Assembly (NCBI RefSeq): GCF_006345805.1 | Contig: NC_043002.1 | Span: 3,100,001 to 3,164,000, forward strand | DNA: 64,000 bases | Origin: Octopus sinensis | Lineage: Eukaryota | Reading direction: 5' to 3' | In this document: positions 22,206 to 35,744 of the stretch, piece by piece | Layout: every line of letters starts with the position of its first letter | How positions within the stretch are numbered: the first letter of the stretch is position 1 | Notes under the pieces: model-generated | Told to the model about the DNA's origin: nothing | The model's database searches: none | The model's input: only the letters and a program-made list of their open reading frames with translations | Position numbers and translations under genes: made by a program

Positions 22206-23177
22206 TTAATAATGATGATAATGAGAAAAGGAACCATTTTCTGTGAATCTTGTATAAAAGATTCTTTCTGTTTTAAACAGCATGGCTTTTAAGTTCAGTA
22301 CAAAGGTTTGATATTAAATTCAACTTTTTGTTGAGCACTAAAACCCCTTTCTTGTGCTTTGAAAAACCCCCTTTTTTATTCTTTTAAATGTCAACCAATT
22401 CTTCAAAAGATGGACAATCCTATTTTTTATTTTACATTTATTACTTTATATTTTTGTTTTTGTCTTTTTTCTCAATGATTTGAAATTTCATATCAAAAAG
22501 AAATTCCAAATGTTTTCAGAAAACAAAACACAAACTCGAAAGAAATGTTCTAAATTATAAACTGTATCTGTTTTAGTTCAAAAGTTTCAATGGAAAAAAA
22601 AATGGTTACTGAAATTGAAATTTTAATTAATGTTTTAGCTTATTTTTACCATTTTTTTTTTCTTATTGAATTTCAATTTCTGTTTGTGTCTTTTTCCAAT
22701 TTTAGAAAATAAAAAACTTTGTTTTATATTTGAAATTTTCAACAAACGGAAGAGAAAAAAACTTTGGACTTCTACAAATTGTCCTTGAAACATTCCATTG
22801 TCTGTTAAATCTAAAGAAATATTATCCATGATAAGGTTCCATTGGAATATTTCTTCATGTTTTTTTTTTTGTTCTTTTCAAATGCCATTCATCAGAAGTT
22901 TTGTAAGTTTGTGCAATTTGTTATATTCCTGCAATATCTTGGTCTGGTTTTTTTTTTTATTTTTAATTTCAAAATGTAAGATGTAATGATTAGATGTTGA
23001 TAAAATTAGGCAGAACGATGCATGTTGCATGGGAAAAAATAATATTCAAGTCTCCAACATTTTTTGTAAATTTCCTCTGAATAATTCTAAGCCAAAAATA
23101 TCATTTCTAAAAAAAGAAATTCTGCCTCTTGAGCAACACACAATTTTACAAAAGAGTGCTTCATTTTCACAACTAAT

Positions 23178-23179
23178 AT

Positions 23180-23216
<37 letters not shown>

Positions 23217-23333
23217 TAATCACAAACACGTGCCATATTTGCTCCTGTTTAATGCAAGAATTTAAATACAAAACATCAAGGTCTAAATCTGGAGGTGGTG
23301 GGGGGGAGTATTGTATTCAAAACCACATTGTAC

Positions 23334-23401
<68 letters not shown>

Positions 23402-23412
23402 GTGTGTGTATG
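23178..23412. repeat. (GT)n and (TA)n microsatellites
   Basis: Read directly at 23180-23215 and 23335-23412. Confidence 0.95.
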
Positions 23413-24589
23413 TATATGAGTAAATATAAGGATAAGCAAGGTAGAAGAGTTGATATAGAAACAATATGAAATGCATTTAATACATAAAGTATGAATACGT
23501 ATAAAAAAGTCTGACTTAGAACAGAATAGAAATGATTTGAGGAATTAAAGACAAATGTCATCACGGACATGTTACCTAAACCACTACCCTTCCCCCCCAC
23601 ACCTACACACACCTCTCCTACTATCACTAGCTTCGTTATTGAATCTCCCCTCCCCCACCCCACTACTTGCTATATAAACACACACACACACACCCCAACT
23701 CCTCTTTCTAATACACCTAAGTTCTCCACAAATTCATTCCAAGTTTAAACTCCATTCTGTCTGGAATGATGGAATTGAGTTACAATCATTATTATTTTGC
23801 ATCACCAAGCCCCCTAGAAACAGCTGTTGGACCCTTTTAATTCCTGATATCATTTCTAAGTCGGACTTATTTATACATATATACATTTTTTTTGTATTAA
23901 ATGTATTTAATATTTCTTGTATATCGACTGGGCCTCCCTTAATTATGCTTCCATTTACTCCTCTCCCTGCTCAAGTTTAAGCCTCTTGACCACTACAAAG
24001 TGTCTTCTGTACAGAGAGTACCTGTCTCTAATCTATAAACTATAGAATATTTATTATTATTATTACTATTATAATCATTTACAGCAATTAACCTAAGCTT
24101 TCAAAAGCCAAATATTGGGAGAATAATGCTGTCAATAAATAATGGATCGTTATTTGGTAACATTGACAGAACCAGTTTTAAACGGAATTGAAGAATTCTG
24201 TTCATAATTTCACAGAACTTGTTTAGAAACTTTTTAACGGCTATTATTCAACTTTAATTTCAAGATCTCGTTAAAACTTTTCCACCAGTTTCAAAATGAA
24301 TGCATGTTATTTTTAGATAGTTCACCTTATTAGAGGAAATCAAAACCTTGTGTCTGAGAGTTGGAGCAAATCACTGGTGTGTGTGTGTGTGTGTGTGTGA
24401 CTAACAGATGTACAAATGGAAATTTGAATGTCATTGCAGTTAATTAAAACCTTTGTAAACCCATCATATTCTGTAAATCAATTAAATTGACTAATTAATG
24501 AATCTTCATTGAGAGTTTGTCTTTTAATAGTTTGAACAATATCTTTCAGTTTGGTTCATTATTATTATTATTAATTATTATTATTATAG

Positions 24590-25015
24590 AGAACTGAGAG
24601 CTGGCAGAATCGTTAGCACTCTGGGCAAAATGCTTCGTGGCATTTCCTCAGCCTTTACATTCTGGGTTCAAATTCCACTGAGGTCGACTTTGCCTTCCGT
24701 CCTTTTAGGATTGATAAATTAAGTACCAGTCATGTACTGTGGTCAATGCAATCACCCCACCCCCCACCCCCCAGTGTCGGGCCTTGTGCCATTATTGAAA
24801 GGTGGTGGGCTGGCAGAATTGCTTGGCGCCATTTTGTCTGTCTTTATATTCTGAGTTCAAACGTTGGCCGAGGTCAACTTAGCCTTTTGTCATTTCCAAA
24901 TCAGTAAAAGAAGTCCCAGTCATGTACTGGGGTCAAAGTACTCAACTCACCCCATCCTCCAAATTTTTCAGGCCCTGTCCCCTTGGTAGAAAAGATTATC
25001 ATCATCATCATCATG
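24590..25015 (+). mobile_element. SINE family B head-to-tail dimer
   Basis: Copies start at about 24595 and 24800. Confidence 0.75.
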
Positions 25016-26029
25016 TTATACAATTGTTTACATTGCATGGCATCTGAACCAGTCGTTTCCAAAGCAGCCTCAGAAAGGAATTGGTCTTCTTCAAACGTCA
25101 GGCTCCGATTTCTCTTCTCCAAGACAATCTCTTGGCAATGCCATCTTGTTATTCATAAAGCAACTCAAGAACTGATGCAGGGAGATCTTGCTTTCAATTT
25201 TCCTTTCCACATTTTAATTGGATCCCATTTCAGGTTAGAACCCCACATTGTTTCATTTGGAAATGGTGTGCCCTTTTTTCATTCCTCCCCCCTACCGGCA
25301 ACGTTTTAGACAATGATTGATATTTGCTGTTTCATATTTATGTATGAGGAGGAGGAGGAGGAGTCTCCTCTTCTGGAATCTCCAGACATATTTAAGTTTA
25401 TAATAGCAAAACCTGTTGAGAGAATTTTTTTTGTTTTGTTTTTCTGTCCCATTTTCCAATTCATTTTGTCTGTTCCAGCTGATGGTGCCAATGCTGTCTG
25501 TTGGAACTAATACAAGACTATTGGTTTTGCTAATCTCCTCTTTTAGAAAGTCAACAATGTCTAAAGAACTGTCTTCATTAATTGTATTCTTTGACAAGGA
25601 CTAGTTCCATGCCAGGGTGTGCTCAGCACCACATCCCTCTCATCGGTGCCAATATTTCAGTAATAGAACCTTTCTCATCAACAAAGTCTTTCCTAATAAT
25701 CTCTCGGTCCAGTCCAATATTTTCAATGTTACCCATCTTCAATATTCTCTTGGGACATTCAGTTCTTAGGAAGGACTGCTACTTTTACCACCATCTTCAT
25801 CTGTTTCTTCATCCATATTCCAAGTAATTAAGAAGCTGCTCATTAGTGACCTATAAACGTGTTGATTGCAATGAGTGCTGCACAAAAACAGCAGCAAAGT
25901 CAAGACATCTGCACAGAAGCTGCAATATCACGTCATCAGTTTGATTGTCCAGATTTTTTGTTTACCTCCAAATTGTGGTGCAACATTCACTTTATCATTA
26001 TAATAATTATCATTATAATAATTATCATT

Positions 26030-26475
26030 AAAGCAATGAGCTGGCAGAATCGTTAGCACGCCAGGCAAAATGCTAAGCTATGTTCTGAGTTCAAATTCTG
26101 CCGAGGTTGACTTTGCCTTTCATCCTTTCGGGGTCGATAAATTAAGTACCAGTTGTGTGCTGGGGTCATTTCTAATTGACTAGTGCCCTCTCCCCCAAAT
26201 TTCAAGGCCTTCTGCCTTCAGTAGGAAGGATTATTATTATTATCATTAGCAAAGCAGCAACCCTGGCAGAATCGTTAGAATAATGCCAGGCACAATGCTT
26301 GGCAACATTGCATCGTTCTTTACATTCTGAATTCAAATTCTGTAAAGGTCGACTTTGCTTTTCGTCCTTTCAGGTTCATTAGAAAATAAATACCAGCTGG
26401 GCACTGGGGTCAGTGTAACTGATTACCCCCACTGAAATTGCTGGCCCTGTGCCAAAATTTGAAACTATAATTATC
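26030..26475 (+). mobile_element. SINE family B head-to-tail dimer
   Basis: Copies start at about 26030 and 26250, joined by (ATT)n. Confidence 0.8.
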
Positions 26476-26974
26476 GTTACCTCCTCACCTGCTCTTCAGG
26501 ATTACAATGTGTAATTTTTCATGTTGACAAAGTAACAAGACAGAATTTTTCCTGCTATTTCCCCCCTAACTCTGTTATTCCTTTGTAACCAAAGTAGAAT
26601 ATCTCTTTTAGAGCAATTATTGATATTGTAATATTTGGAAAAAGTTGGCAGCCATATTGGTTGTCCTTATTGTCTGTTACATGAAGATTAGTGATGGTGC
26701 TTCCAATTTAATGATAACCATTTCTTCTGGGTCTTCCAGTGTGGCATTCATGGAGTGTTCCTGTAAGAATTTAAAGAGTTGTTGGTGAATTTCAACGGTT
26801 GTTGTAATGGGACCAATGACCAGCACTGCCATCACCAATATCTCCGCTGTCTCAGACAATGTTGTATTTCTTTGTGGTTGCCTGTGAGATGGTTTTGGGA
26901 TGCTCTGTGAAAATATTTCTTCCAGTCCATGAAAACATGCTGAATGTTGGTGTAGTTGGTAATCCTTAGACAAG

Positions 26975-27420
26975 ATTCTTGGATGCAGCCAGCAGAAACG
27001 TTAGCATGCTGGGCAAAATGCTTCTTGCTATTTCATCTGCCGTTACGTTCAAATTCCATCAAGGCTGACTTTGCCTTTCATCCTTTTGGGGTCGATAAAT
27101 TAAGTACCAGTTACACACTGGGGTCGATGAAATCGACTTAAATCTCTTTGTCCTTGTTTAGCCCCTTGTGGGCAATAAAGACATAAGATTCTTGGATGCA
27201 CAATATCTGCCTTCTGGCAGAAACTGGGCGAAATGCTTAGCCATATTTTGTCTGTCTTTACGTTCTGAGTTCAAATTCTGCCAAGGTCGACTTTGCCTTT
27301 CATTCTTTCGGAATCAATAAATTAAGTACCAGTTATGTACTGGGGTCAATCTAGTCGACTGCCCACCCACCACCCTCCCCAGAAATTTCAGGCCTTGTGC
27401 CTACAGTAGAAAAGAATATC
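26975..27420 (+). mobile_element. SINE family B head-to-tail dimer
   Basis: Copies start at about 26985 and 27215. The first has an alternative tail (GCCCCTTGTGGGCAATAAAG). Confidence 0.75.
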
Positions 27421-27630
27421 TGCCTTGTGGTGGTCTGGTCCATGACAGAGCCTGCCTGTTTGTTCTGTGGTATTTGCCATTCTGTTTTTTAAGTCTGTTC
27501 ACTTTCACTGACCAACCAGAATGGCTGCTTGATATGAGATTCTGTGACGGTTCAACGTTTCCTTTTTTACGACTCATGGCAAACCAGGATTTTGTCTTCG
27601 ATGTAAATTATTTTTGATATTTACCAAATA

Positions 27631-28018
27631 GGTGCAGGAGTGGCTGTGTGGTAAGTAGCTTGCTTACCAACCACATGGTTCCGGGTTCATTCCCACTGCG
27701 TGGCACCTTGGGCAAGTGTCTTCTACTATAGCCTCGGGACGACCAAAGCCTTGTGAGTGGATTTTTGGTAGACGGAAACTGAAAGAAGCCCGTCGTATAT
27801 ATGTATATTTATATGTTTGTGTGTCTGTGTTTGTTCCTTCAATGTCGCTTGACAACCGATGGTGGTGTGTTTACATCCCCGTAACTTAGCGGCTCGGCAA
27901 AAGAGACTGATAGAATAAGTACTAGGCTTTCAAAGAATAAATCCTGGGGTCAAATTGCTCGACTAAAGGCAGTGCCCCAGCATGGCCACAGTCAAATGAC
28001 AAACAAGTAAAAGAGTAA
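27631..28018 (+). mobile_element. SINE family A (full length)
   Basis: Collinear with 1293-1668. Confidence 0.85.
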
Positions 28019-28884
28019 ATGTTGTTGGTTGTGAGAACTGACCATGGCCTCCTCTCCTGATTCCAGTTAATTTCAACTTTTCCAGAGATCTTACCATTGT
28101 TGTAACCACTTTGTTCAAGACTTCTCTTGTCTTCCTAATCCGTGTCAGGACTGGGAGGTGTCTTGTGGCTTTCTGACTCTAGCTTCCAACAGAACTTAGC
28201 TTTACCATTCCAGAAGTGCATAGCTGACAGGTGAGGCAGACACTCACCAGGTGAGCCAATTGTTTCTACACTGGCTGCAAACATGCCTTCCACACAAACA
28301 TCACTTTTTTATGGAATTAGGAACGGCTTTTTTCTTCTGGATGGTCAGGTAAAGTTTGATTCTTCACGTATTATCTTTCTCTCTTGGAAAATGTCCCTTG
28401 AGTATGTCTCATGGATTTCGGAAATACGGAAATTCCTTTGGTAGCATTCAGTGTCTCCTGATTTCTAAAGATTTCTTTAAAACAATCTAATTAGTAATTA
28501 GTTTGTATTTGATATTTGCCCTTTTATTTTGGTCAACGTAGGGTTTTGTTAGCTGAAGGATGATACCAAATTCATTCTCGTCACGGTTGACTGCCTTTCA
28601 TTTTCTTGTCAGTTTCAACATGTCATTGCTGTCACTATCAAATGAAAATGCAACATGGCAAACAATTAGTGGAAACAAGAATGAAAGACGGAAAGCCTCC
28701 TCCCGTCAGCCACGAGATCCAGATTACAGACTTTAAATGCACCAAAACTGCACTTGTAATAATCTGGGTCTCCATGGCTGACGGAAGGATTTCCATCTAT
28801 TTTTGCCTCCATTTAATCGTTTCCAATGTTCCAGTTTGATTTTTTACTGAAGTTTGTAACCCTCACACCATCTCAACATTTTCG

Positions 28885-28921
<37 letters not shown>

Positions 28922-30294
28922 GTGTGTGTGTGTGTGCTGGTGTGGCTGTGTCGTAAGGAGTTTGCCTCCCAACCACATGGTTCTGAGTTCAGTCCCACTG
29001 TCTTCTACGACATCCTGGGGCTGACCCAAAGCTTTGTAAGAGGAACTGAAAGACAAACTGAAAGTGTGTGTTCATGAGGGAACTCAAAAGGATTTTCTTT
29101 CTATTCCAAATAAAAAACTTTTTGCTTTATTTGAGATCCTCTTTTGTGAGAGTGACCTCTACATTACATCAAATCATAAAAAGAAAATCAGGCAAAACGG
29201 AAACGTTCCTCTCCAAATTGCAGCCAAAAGTTGAAAATGAGAGTTTCAGTTCTTGTCACCCAACCAAATATATTATCAAAACCTATAAAGTGGTGGCTCT
29301 ACCATTCCAAGACCCGGCTATTTCTTCTGTCAGTCAATATATGTCCATGTCGATGACTCCTTCCATCCAGTCTGTGGTTGCAGAATTCAAAGACGGCACC
29401 TGTTGCAATATACTGCTTTGGTGCAAGGCATGGAAATGCCACTACGACTGTTTTGTTGCTGGGAATTAAAAATGGTTTGTTTGATTAATTGTGAAGTGTG
29501 TAATGAACATTAAAATTTCTTTAAATTCTTGATTTTGTTGTTATGATATTTATGATTGAAATCCACAATTAAAAATATTCATTTGAACTCATTAAAAATA
29601 TTTGGCTTTTCTTACCAAAAACTAAAACAATAACAGCCAAGTCTAAAATGAATAATTGTGTATTTTTAAGAATATTTAAACGGATGTATCTGTTAAAACC
29701 TGTCCTAACAAACGTTAGAGCCAGTTTCTTGCTGGAGAAACGGAAAAGGTATGGAATCTTTTTGAGAATATTTAGAAAAGCCCTGTTTTTTGTTTTCTTA
29801 AAGGTTGTAACTTTGTGGTGCTTTTAACCCGATTCTTGTGTAAACGGACATCTGAGCAATGCGAGCAGGAATCTATTCCATCAGAGTTTCTTGCAATCCT
29901 CTTTTGAATGAGAGCCAGATATTTATTCCCATACACAAAACTGATATCGATCCGACACCGATCAGAGAAGTCGCACAGAGTCTACTATTTCGATCGATCA
30001 CTTTCCATTTCTGACGTTGATCTTTTCCTAATACAAGTTATCTCCCTTCCATCCTGGTAGTCGGCAGTTTTCCGAGGTTATCTCCCCTTGTTCAAACAAT
30101 CTCCAAGAATTAAATCTTCCCTATTTTTTCTCCCAGCAGCAGACTTTGAGGGAGAAAGAACTCTCAGAGTAAATATTGCCGGAGAGAATTTCATTCACAA
30201 ATGTTTATTCTCCATAAAAAGAAAGACATTTAGGATTAGCCATTAATTATTCCTTTTTTCTTTATTTTTAAAGCTGATATTCTGTGTGGTATAA

Positions 30295-30338
<44 letters not shown>

Positions 30339-32221
30339 GTATGTGTTTATACGCATTACCAGTCTGTGTGTAGCCGTCCATCCTCTTAAATCATTGAATT
30401 TCTGGATCCGGTTTTGCTTTGTTTTTGTTTTTTATACATTTACATTATTCGGATTTATTTCGACCGTTTAATAAAAAAAAAATTATCAATTACTTCCTTA
30501 ATTAACCTGTAAACGGCCCCCTCTCCTGCTCCTTATTTTTGTTTTTTTCTTTCTTTTCATAAGACATGTATTTAGATAGATTTTATTTTTTTAAACTACG
30601 TCCAGAATTGTAAAGAATTTGAAGCCAAAGTTACTCTTTGATAAAATGTTTGTGGAGACAAGTCTGGATTTATTGTCTTCAATTGGCAAATAATCTACAA
30701 AACTAAATGATTTGACTAAAATTTGGAGAAAGCAATTTTCAAGCTTCGATTCAGTCTTCCTCAAGAAGATATTTTAAAGTCTTTAGTAGAAAAATTTGTC
30801 AAACAAGTAAATGTGTTTGTAAACTGAGAAGGAAAAAATATATATATAAATATATATAATAAAGAATTTCAAATTAAAACCCGCACCATTTGTTTGTTGG
30901 TTTTTATCTGAAAACTAGCTGAGGGCTGAAGAAGTTGACTTGCTAATCACAAGGTTTCAGGTTCAGTCCCACAGGCCAAACAAAAGCTTGTGAGTGGACT
31001 TGGTAGATGGAAACTGATAGGAAGCCCATTGAATATGGGTGCCAGTGCCTCCTTGTTTTGACGGCATTGTGTGATAGTTGTAAATGAGTGTCACTCTCAT
31101 ACAAGCAGTGTCGTTTGTTGCCAATATTCTGCGGAAACCAGCAATGGTTGGCAACAGGAAGAACATCAAACCTTGATAAACCGTCTCTGACCGATACAAG
31201 CATGGAGATGCGGATGTTGGAAAATGATGATGCTACATGTCTGATGTACCAGAATAACATTACCCACCACATGTGGGAATACATGCACACACACACACAC
31301 ACACCACTGATTGCAATACCTGTGTAGGTAAACGGATACTAATAAAAGTATAAATAGATGTGAGACTAAGCAATGTTTGGAATCACTCCAAATACACATC
31401 ACTGGGAATTTAAAGATCAATATCGTATGACCATTCCTTGTTTATAATACTATCTAATGTGGCTGTGAATCAAGGCTGCCAGGAGTCCAACCCATACCAG
31501 CATGGAAAAACAGACGTGGGAAGGGTACAGCTGTCGCCTGAGTCAATCGTAAAAATTGACCTGACAGATTTCCTCACGAAAGAAGGTAAGCAATGTTTTC
31601 TCGCAGTAGCATCAATAGCGAAAGAGGTGGAATGAAAGGTTTGGCGACAGGCAACCCCATCTCTGGTCTCGGGTTGGTGAGATTTTTTATCTTTCACCTT
31701 AGAATGAAGGTGAGGCTGGAGAGAAGATGCCTGTCAAAGAAAATGTTCAAAGAAAGATGGTTGCATGTTGCGAGGGTGCTGGGAATGAAAGATTCCTCAT
31801 GAACATGTCACAAGTCTGTATGCAAAGGTTCCAGTGGGAGAATGGGGCTCATGGGGTCGGAGCGTAACCCATCTCTCTGCTTCGTTTCATGTTTGTATTT
31901 TGTCCTTGTATTTCATTCGATTTCGTTATATTTTGTAAAATTTTAAAAGTCATATAATCATTGTGTGTCTGACCCCAATCAGGCTGTATTGTCCCCCCTC
32001 TATGTTTGGGCCCTTGTGGCTAATAAAGGAACAGGAAAAACAGGCGTTAAATGGTGAAGGTGGTGGTGAGGACTGCACAATTTCAATGAAGGGAGAACAA
32101 TCTGTAATTCCTCTTCTCAAACCACCAACCTCGACCACTCTCTCTCTCTCTTTCTTTTCAGTTTCCCAAAGAAAGAAGGAAAGACTCCAACTATGTCTTT
32201 CTCCATCTCTTTTCTTAACAG

Positions 32222-32395
32222 ACACCTGTGCCGGCGGCACGTAAAAGGCACCCACTGCACTCACGGAGTGGCTGGCGTAAAAACACTGCCAGATCAGATT
32301 GGAGTCTGGTGCAGCCTCCTGGCTTCCCAGACCCCGGTCGAACCATCCAACCCATGCTAGCATGGAAAACGGACGTTAAACGATGATGATGATGA
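32222..32395 (+). mobile_element. RTE 3' UTR tail copy
   Basis: GGCACGTAAAAGGCACCCACTGCACTCACGGAG...GGACGTTAAACGATGATGATG. Confidence 0.8.
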
Positions 32396-32904
32396 CAGCG
32401 GAATGTCATTTGAGATGCGTATGCATGTGTGTGTCCCAGGATGACCAAAGCCTTTGGAGTGAATGGTGGCAGAAACTGAAAGAAGCCCATCGTATATATG
32501 TGTGTGCATGCTTGCCCCACCACTGCTTGACAACCGGTGTTGGTATGTTTACATCCCCATAAAATAGACCGACAGAATAATTCCCAGGTTTAAAAAAAAA
32601 AACTAGAAAAAAAGTAGTAAGATCGACACATTTGATTAAAATTCTTCAAGGTAATGGCCACAGTCTAAAGAGGTAAAGGATAATACACACACACGTTTCA
32701 TCCTTGTGGTTGCTTGGAAGTTTTAAAAGTAAATTGGATGCTTAAGCAGACTGGATCATCAGAGAAAGTCTTTATGGCAACAAGAGAAATGATGCGGGAG
32801 GCTTTCTAAGTATTTTGAAAGAGAAGAAGAAAGAAAGCATAAGACAGACAGAGGGGGAGAGGGAGACGAGAGAGAAAGGAAAGAAAAAGGTCTATAAATA
32901 CTTG

Positions 32905-33407
32905 CCATAACATTTTTAATCAACCAAATATGAACCATTTTGTTGCACAATGCGTCTCCATCTTTCCTTTAACTTGAAAATACCCTCTTCCCAGAATTGA
33001 GGTGGTTTCATGGCAAAAAATTCATCAAGGTATCTTTTTACATCATTCAAGGAATTGAAATTCTTACCATTAAGACTATTCTGCAGAGACCTGAATAAGT
33101 GGAAATCCGAAGGAGCAATATCTGGTGAATATGGAGGGTGGGGTAACACATCCCAGCTGAGCTGCAGCAATTTTTGTCTGGTTCCCAAAGCATCAAGTGC
33201 CGAAAATGAACTTCTTATCTTCCATTTTAAAGGGTTACAAAATTAACACAAGTTATAGGAACATAAACCTTCTTCCACGAAAAGATAGCTTAAACTATGC
33301 TCTAAATGGAGGTGTAGTCAAATCCTATTTAATGGACTCAACCATGTTCTAAAATAAGTCGAAAGGTAAGCTACTATAAATCGGCACAAACTTTCCGGAC
33401 AACCCAA
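32905..33407 (-). mobile_element. Internally deleted mariner (5' TIR, first codons and C-terminal 90 codons)
   Basis: TIR TA|TTGGGTTGTCCGGAAAGTTTGTGCCG at 33409-33382. ATG at 33225 gives MEDKK(V)HFRHLMLWE. ORF 32916-33188 reads HPPYSPDIAPSDFHLFRSLQNSL...RWRRIVQQNGSY. Confidence 0.85.
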
Positions 33408-33419
33408 TAGAACAAGAGC

Positions 33420-33725
33420 ACTCAGAGAGCGCAAACCTCCGCCAAGGCAACACCAACGTCCTCTCAACGATTAGCCAGAGGTGATTTTTAAAATGAGAAT
33501 ATCTGAAATAAACTTGACTACTCTCACAGACGAGAATACTAAAAATTAACATGACTGCTCTCGAAAATTAAGGGAAAATAATCCAGAATCGTTTTCCGGT
33601 ACCGGATCCATCCCGAAATCTAATCAGTTTGTGCCAACCAAATCCACCCAGCGGTTCTTGAGATATCTTGACCATGGACAAACACAACTGAAAACAATTG
33701 CCCCACCTTGGCTAAGGCAGAGTTC
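33420..33725. mobile_element. Helentron-associated (HINE-like) non-autonomous element
   Basis: Subterminal inverted motifs CCTCCGCCAAGGC ... CCTTGGCTAAGGCAGAG. No ORF. The class assignment is from resemblance to known HINE termini. Confidence 0.45.
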
Positions 33726-33884
33726 AGAATAAAATTAAGGCAAAATGACAATAGTTGCAAGAGAGTTGAGTAGTTTGTCGTCTGAAGCTAAAATAGTTGA
33801 ATCTTGCAAACAAGTGCTATAGAGTAATCTCCCTTTAGTAAGCTTCGCGGAAGATTATATTTCACGAGAAATAATTTCTTAATA

Positions 33885-34835
33885 ATAATAATGAAATTAT
33901 TGTATACAGTGCTCAGGTGCACCACAACTTGTCAAAAGTGCATATAAAGTACATGCAGTAATGTAGAAATGTCTGGAAAGCGAACAATGTATGAGTCAGA
34001 TACATGCCCGTGTGTGCATGGAGGGGTAAAATCAAGTGTAGTGTTGGCGAATCTCAGGAAGCATGGAAGCCTTGAAGGATGCAGTGCTCCGACAACTAAC
34101 AACCGACGCCGGCAGTTTGTTCCATGCTTCAGCAACTCTCAGTGTGAAAAAATATTTCCTGAAGTCATGGGAGCTGTGCTGTTTTCTTACTTTGTAAATA
34201 TGTCCACGGGTGTTAGATGGGTGGAGTTTGAAGAGGTGCTCAGAGTTATTGTTTGTGCGATGGTTGATAATTTTATGGGTGTCTGCCAAGTCAGCTGCCA
34301 GACGTCGGAGTTTCAATGTGTCCATGCCCAGGGAAGTAAGGCGTTCAGGATATGGCAAATGCCTGATGGAGGGTATTCTTTTGGTTGCACGTCGCTGAAC
34401 AGCTTCCAGACGATTGATGTCCTGGGCAAGATAGGGGTTCCAGACCGGTGATGCAAATTCCAGGTGAGGTCTTACCATAGCTATATAAAGCCGCAGATAG
34501 ATAGACGCAAAGGATTTGGTGAGTGATGCCAAGACACCCTCAGCCTTCTTGACAATTTTAGCGATGTGTTTTGTCCAATGCAAATCACTGTCGACAATAA
34601 CACGTTCACATGAAGACTTTTTGAGACTAGTGTTGTGGAGGGAGTAGATGGACGCTGGGTTTCTCCTCCAAAAATGCATGGTGGTACATTTGTCCACAGC
34701 CAGCTTGAGTTGCCAGTCCATGATCCACTGCTGCATTGTGTCCAGGTCTGCTTGCAATAAAGATCTATAGTGTACAGGATTTGACCTCTTTATTTCGAGG
34801 TACAGCTTGATGTCATCTGCATATTTCAGCACTGT
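33885..34835 (-). mobile_element. 5'-truncated CR1-clade LINE (RT C-terminus and 3' UTR)
   Basis: ORF 34032-34832 contains YADDIKL, LYIAMVRPHLEFASPVWNP, LEAVQRRATK, TRGH and WNKLP. (TTA)n tail at about 33880-33895. Confidence 0.92.
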
Positions 34836-35305
34836 GGCAATCTTTAATTATTCAAGAAGCTTCGTGTTTCTCTTGGAGGCTTCTAGAATGTCCAGTGTTC
34901 CATTAATAAAAACAGTTTGATTGCCCTGCTCTTTGCTTCTTTGTCGATTAGACTCGGAGCCATTCACGTCGATGCTGTGTCCATCTATTTCTCTATGCCA
35001 CATGACTGAAAACCACCACTTAGCTGTTATTTCTGCATAGATTATTTCATTCAATTAAGTTTCCTCATTTTGATTGTTTCATCGACAACCAGGGAATAAA
35101 ACAGGTTTTATGGAATAAATATACAGTTCCTAAATTCATTCTTCGAATAAGATACAAACAGCATTTCTAAACATATATTCGCACTACAAGAGAAAGACAA
35201 AAAAACTATGATGGAAGAAAGGGACAATCGAAAAAAGGGTGTGTTTTGAAGGGGTCACAGTTTTAAGGTATCCATTGAAACCATTAGAAAGTGGAAAATA
35301 AATAT

Positions 35306-35672
35306 AAAGGTGTGGCTGTGTGGTAAGAAGCTCGCTTTCCTACCACATGGTTCCAGGTTCAGTCTCACTGCATGGCCCCTTGGGGAAATTTCTCCTACCA
35401 CAGACTAGGGCCAATCACTTGTGAGTGGATTTGGTGAACAGAAACTGAAAGAAGCCTGTCGTATGTATATGTCTACATTTCTCTTTGTCTGTCCCCTCCC
35501 ACTGCTTGACAACCGGTGTTGGTGTGTTTATGCCCCCCTCCCCCAACTTAGTGGTTCAGCAAAAGGGATCTATAAAATAAATACCAGGCTTTGAAAAAAA
35601 TCCTGGGCTTGATTCATGCGGTGCTCCAGTATGGCCCACAGTTTCATGACTGAAACGGGTAAAAGCAAAGAT
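35306..35672 (+). mobile_element. SINE family A
   Basis: GTGGCTGTGTGGTAAGAAGC...GACTGAAACGGGTAAAAG, collinear with the other A copies. Confidence 0.75.
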
Positions 35673-35744
35673 AAGGATTACTTTCCAACTGCTGGGGGGG
35701 GGGTCAGCAAGGTCAACCTCAAGCTGGACATAACAGATTTTGAT

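Noticed and set aside
31585-31606. GTAAG...CTCGCAG apparent 21-nt intron in a 65-aa ORF
   Set aside because: It is too short for a spliceosomal intron, and the ORF begins in an RTE-tail fragment.
33969-34451. 160-aa plus-strand ORF (also 44012-44566, 49937-50506, 57829-58386)
   Set aside because: These are antisense shadows of CR1, Chapaev3 and RTE coding sequence.
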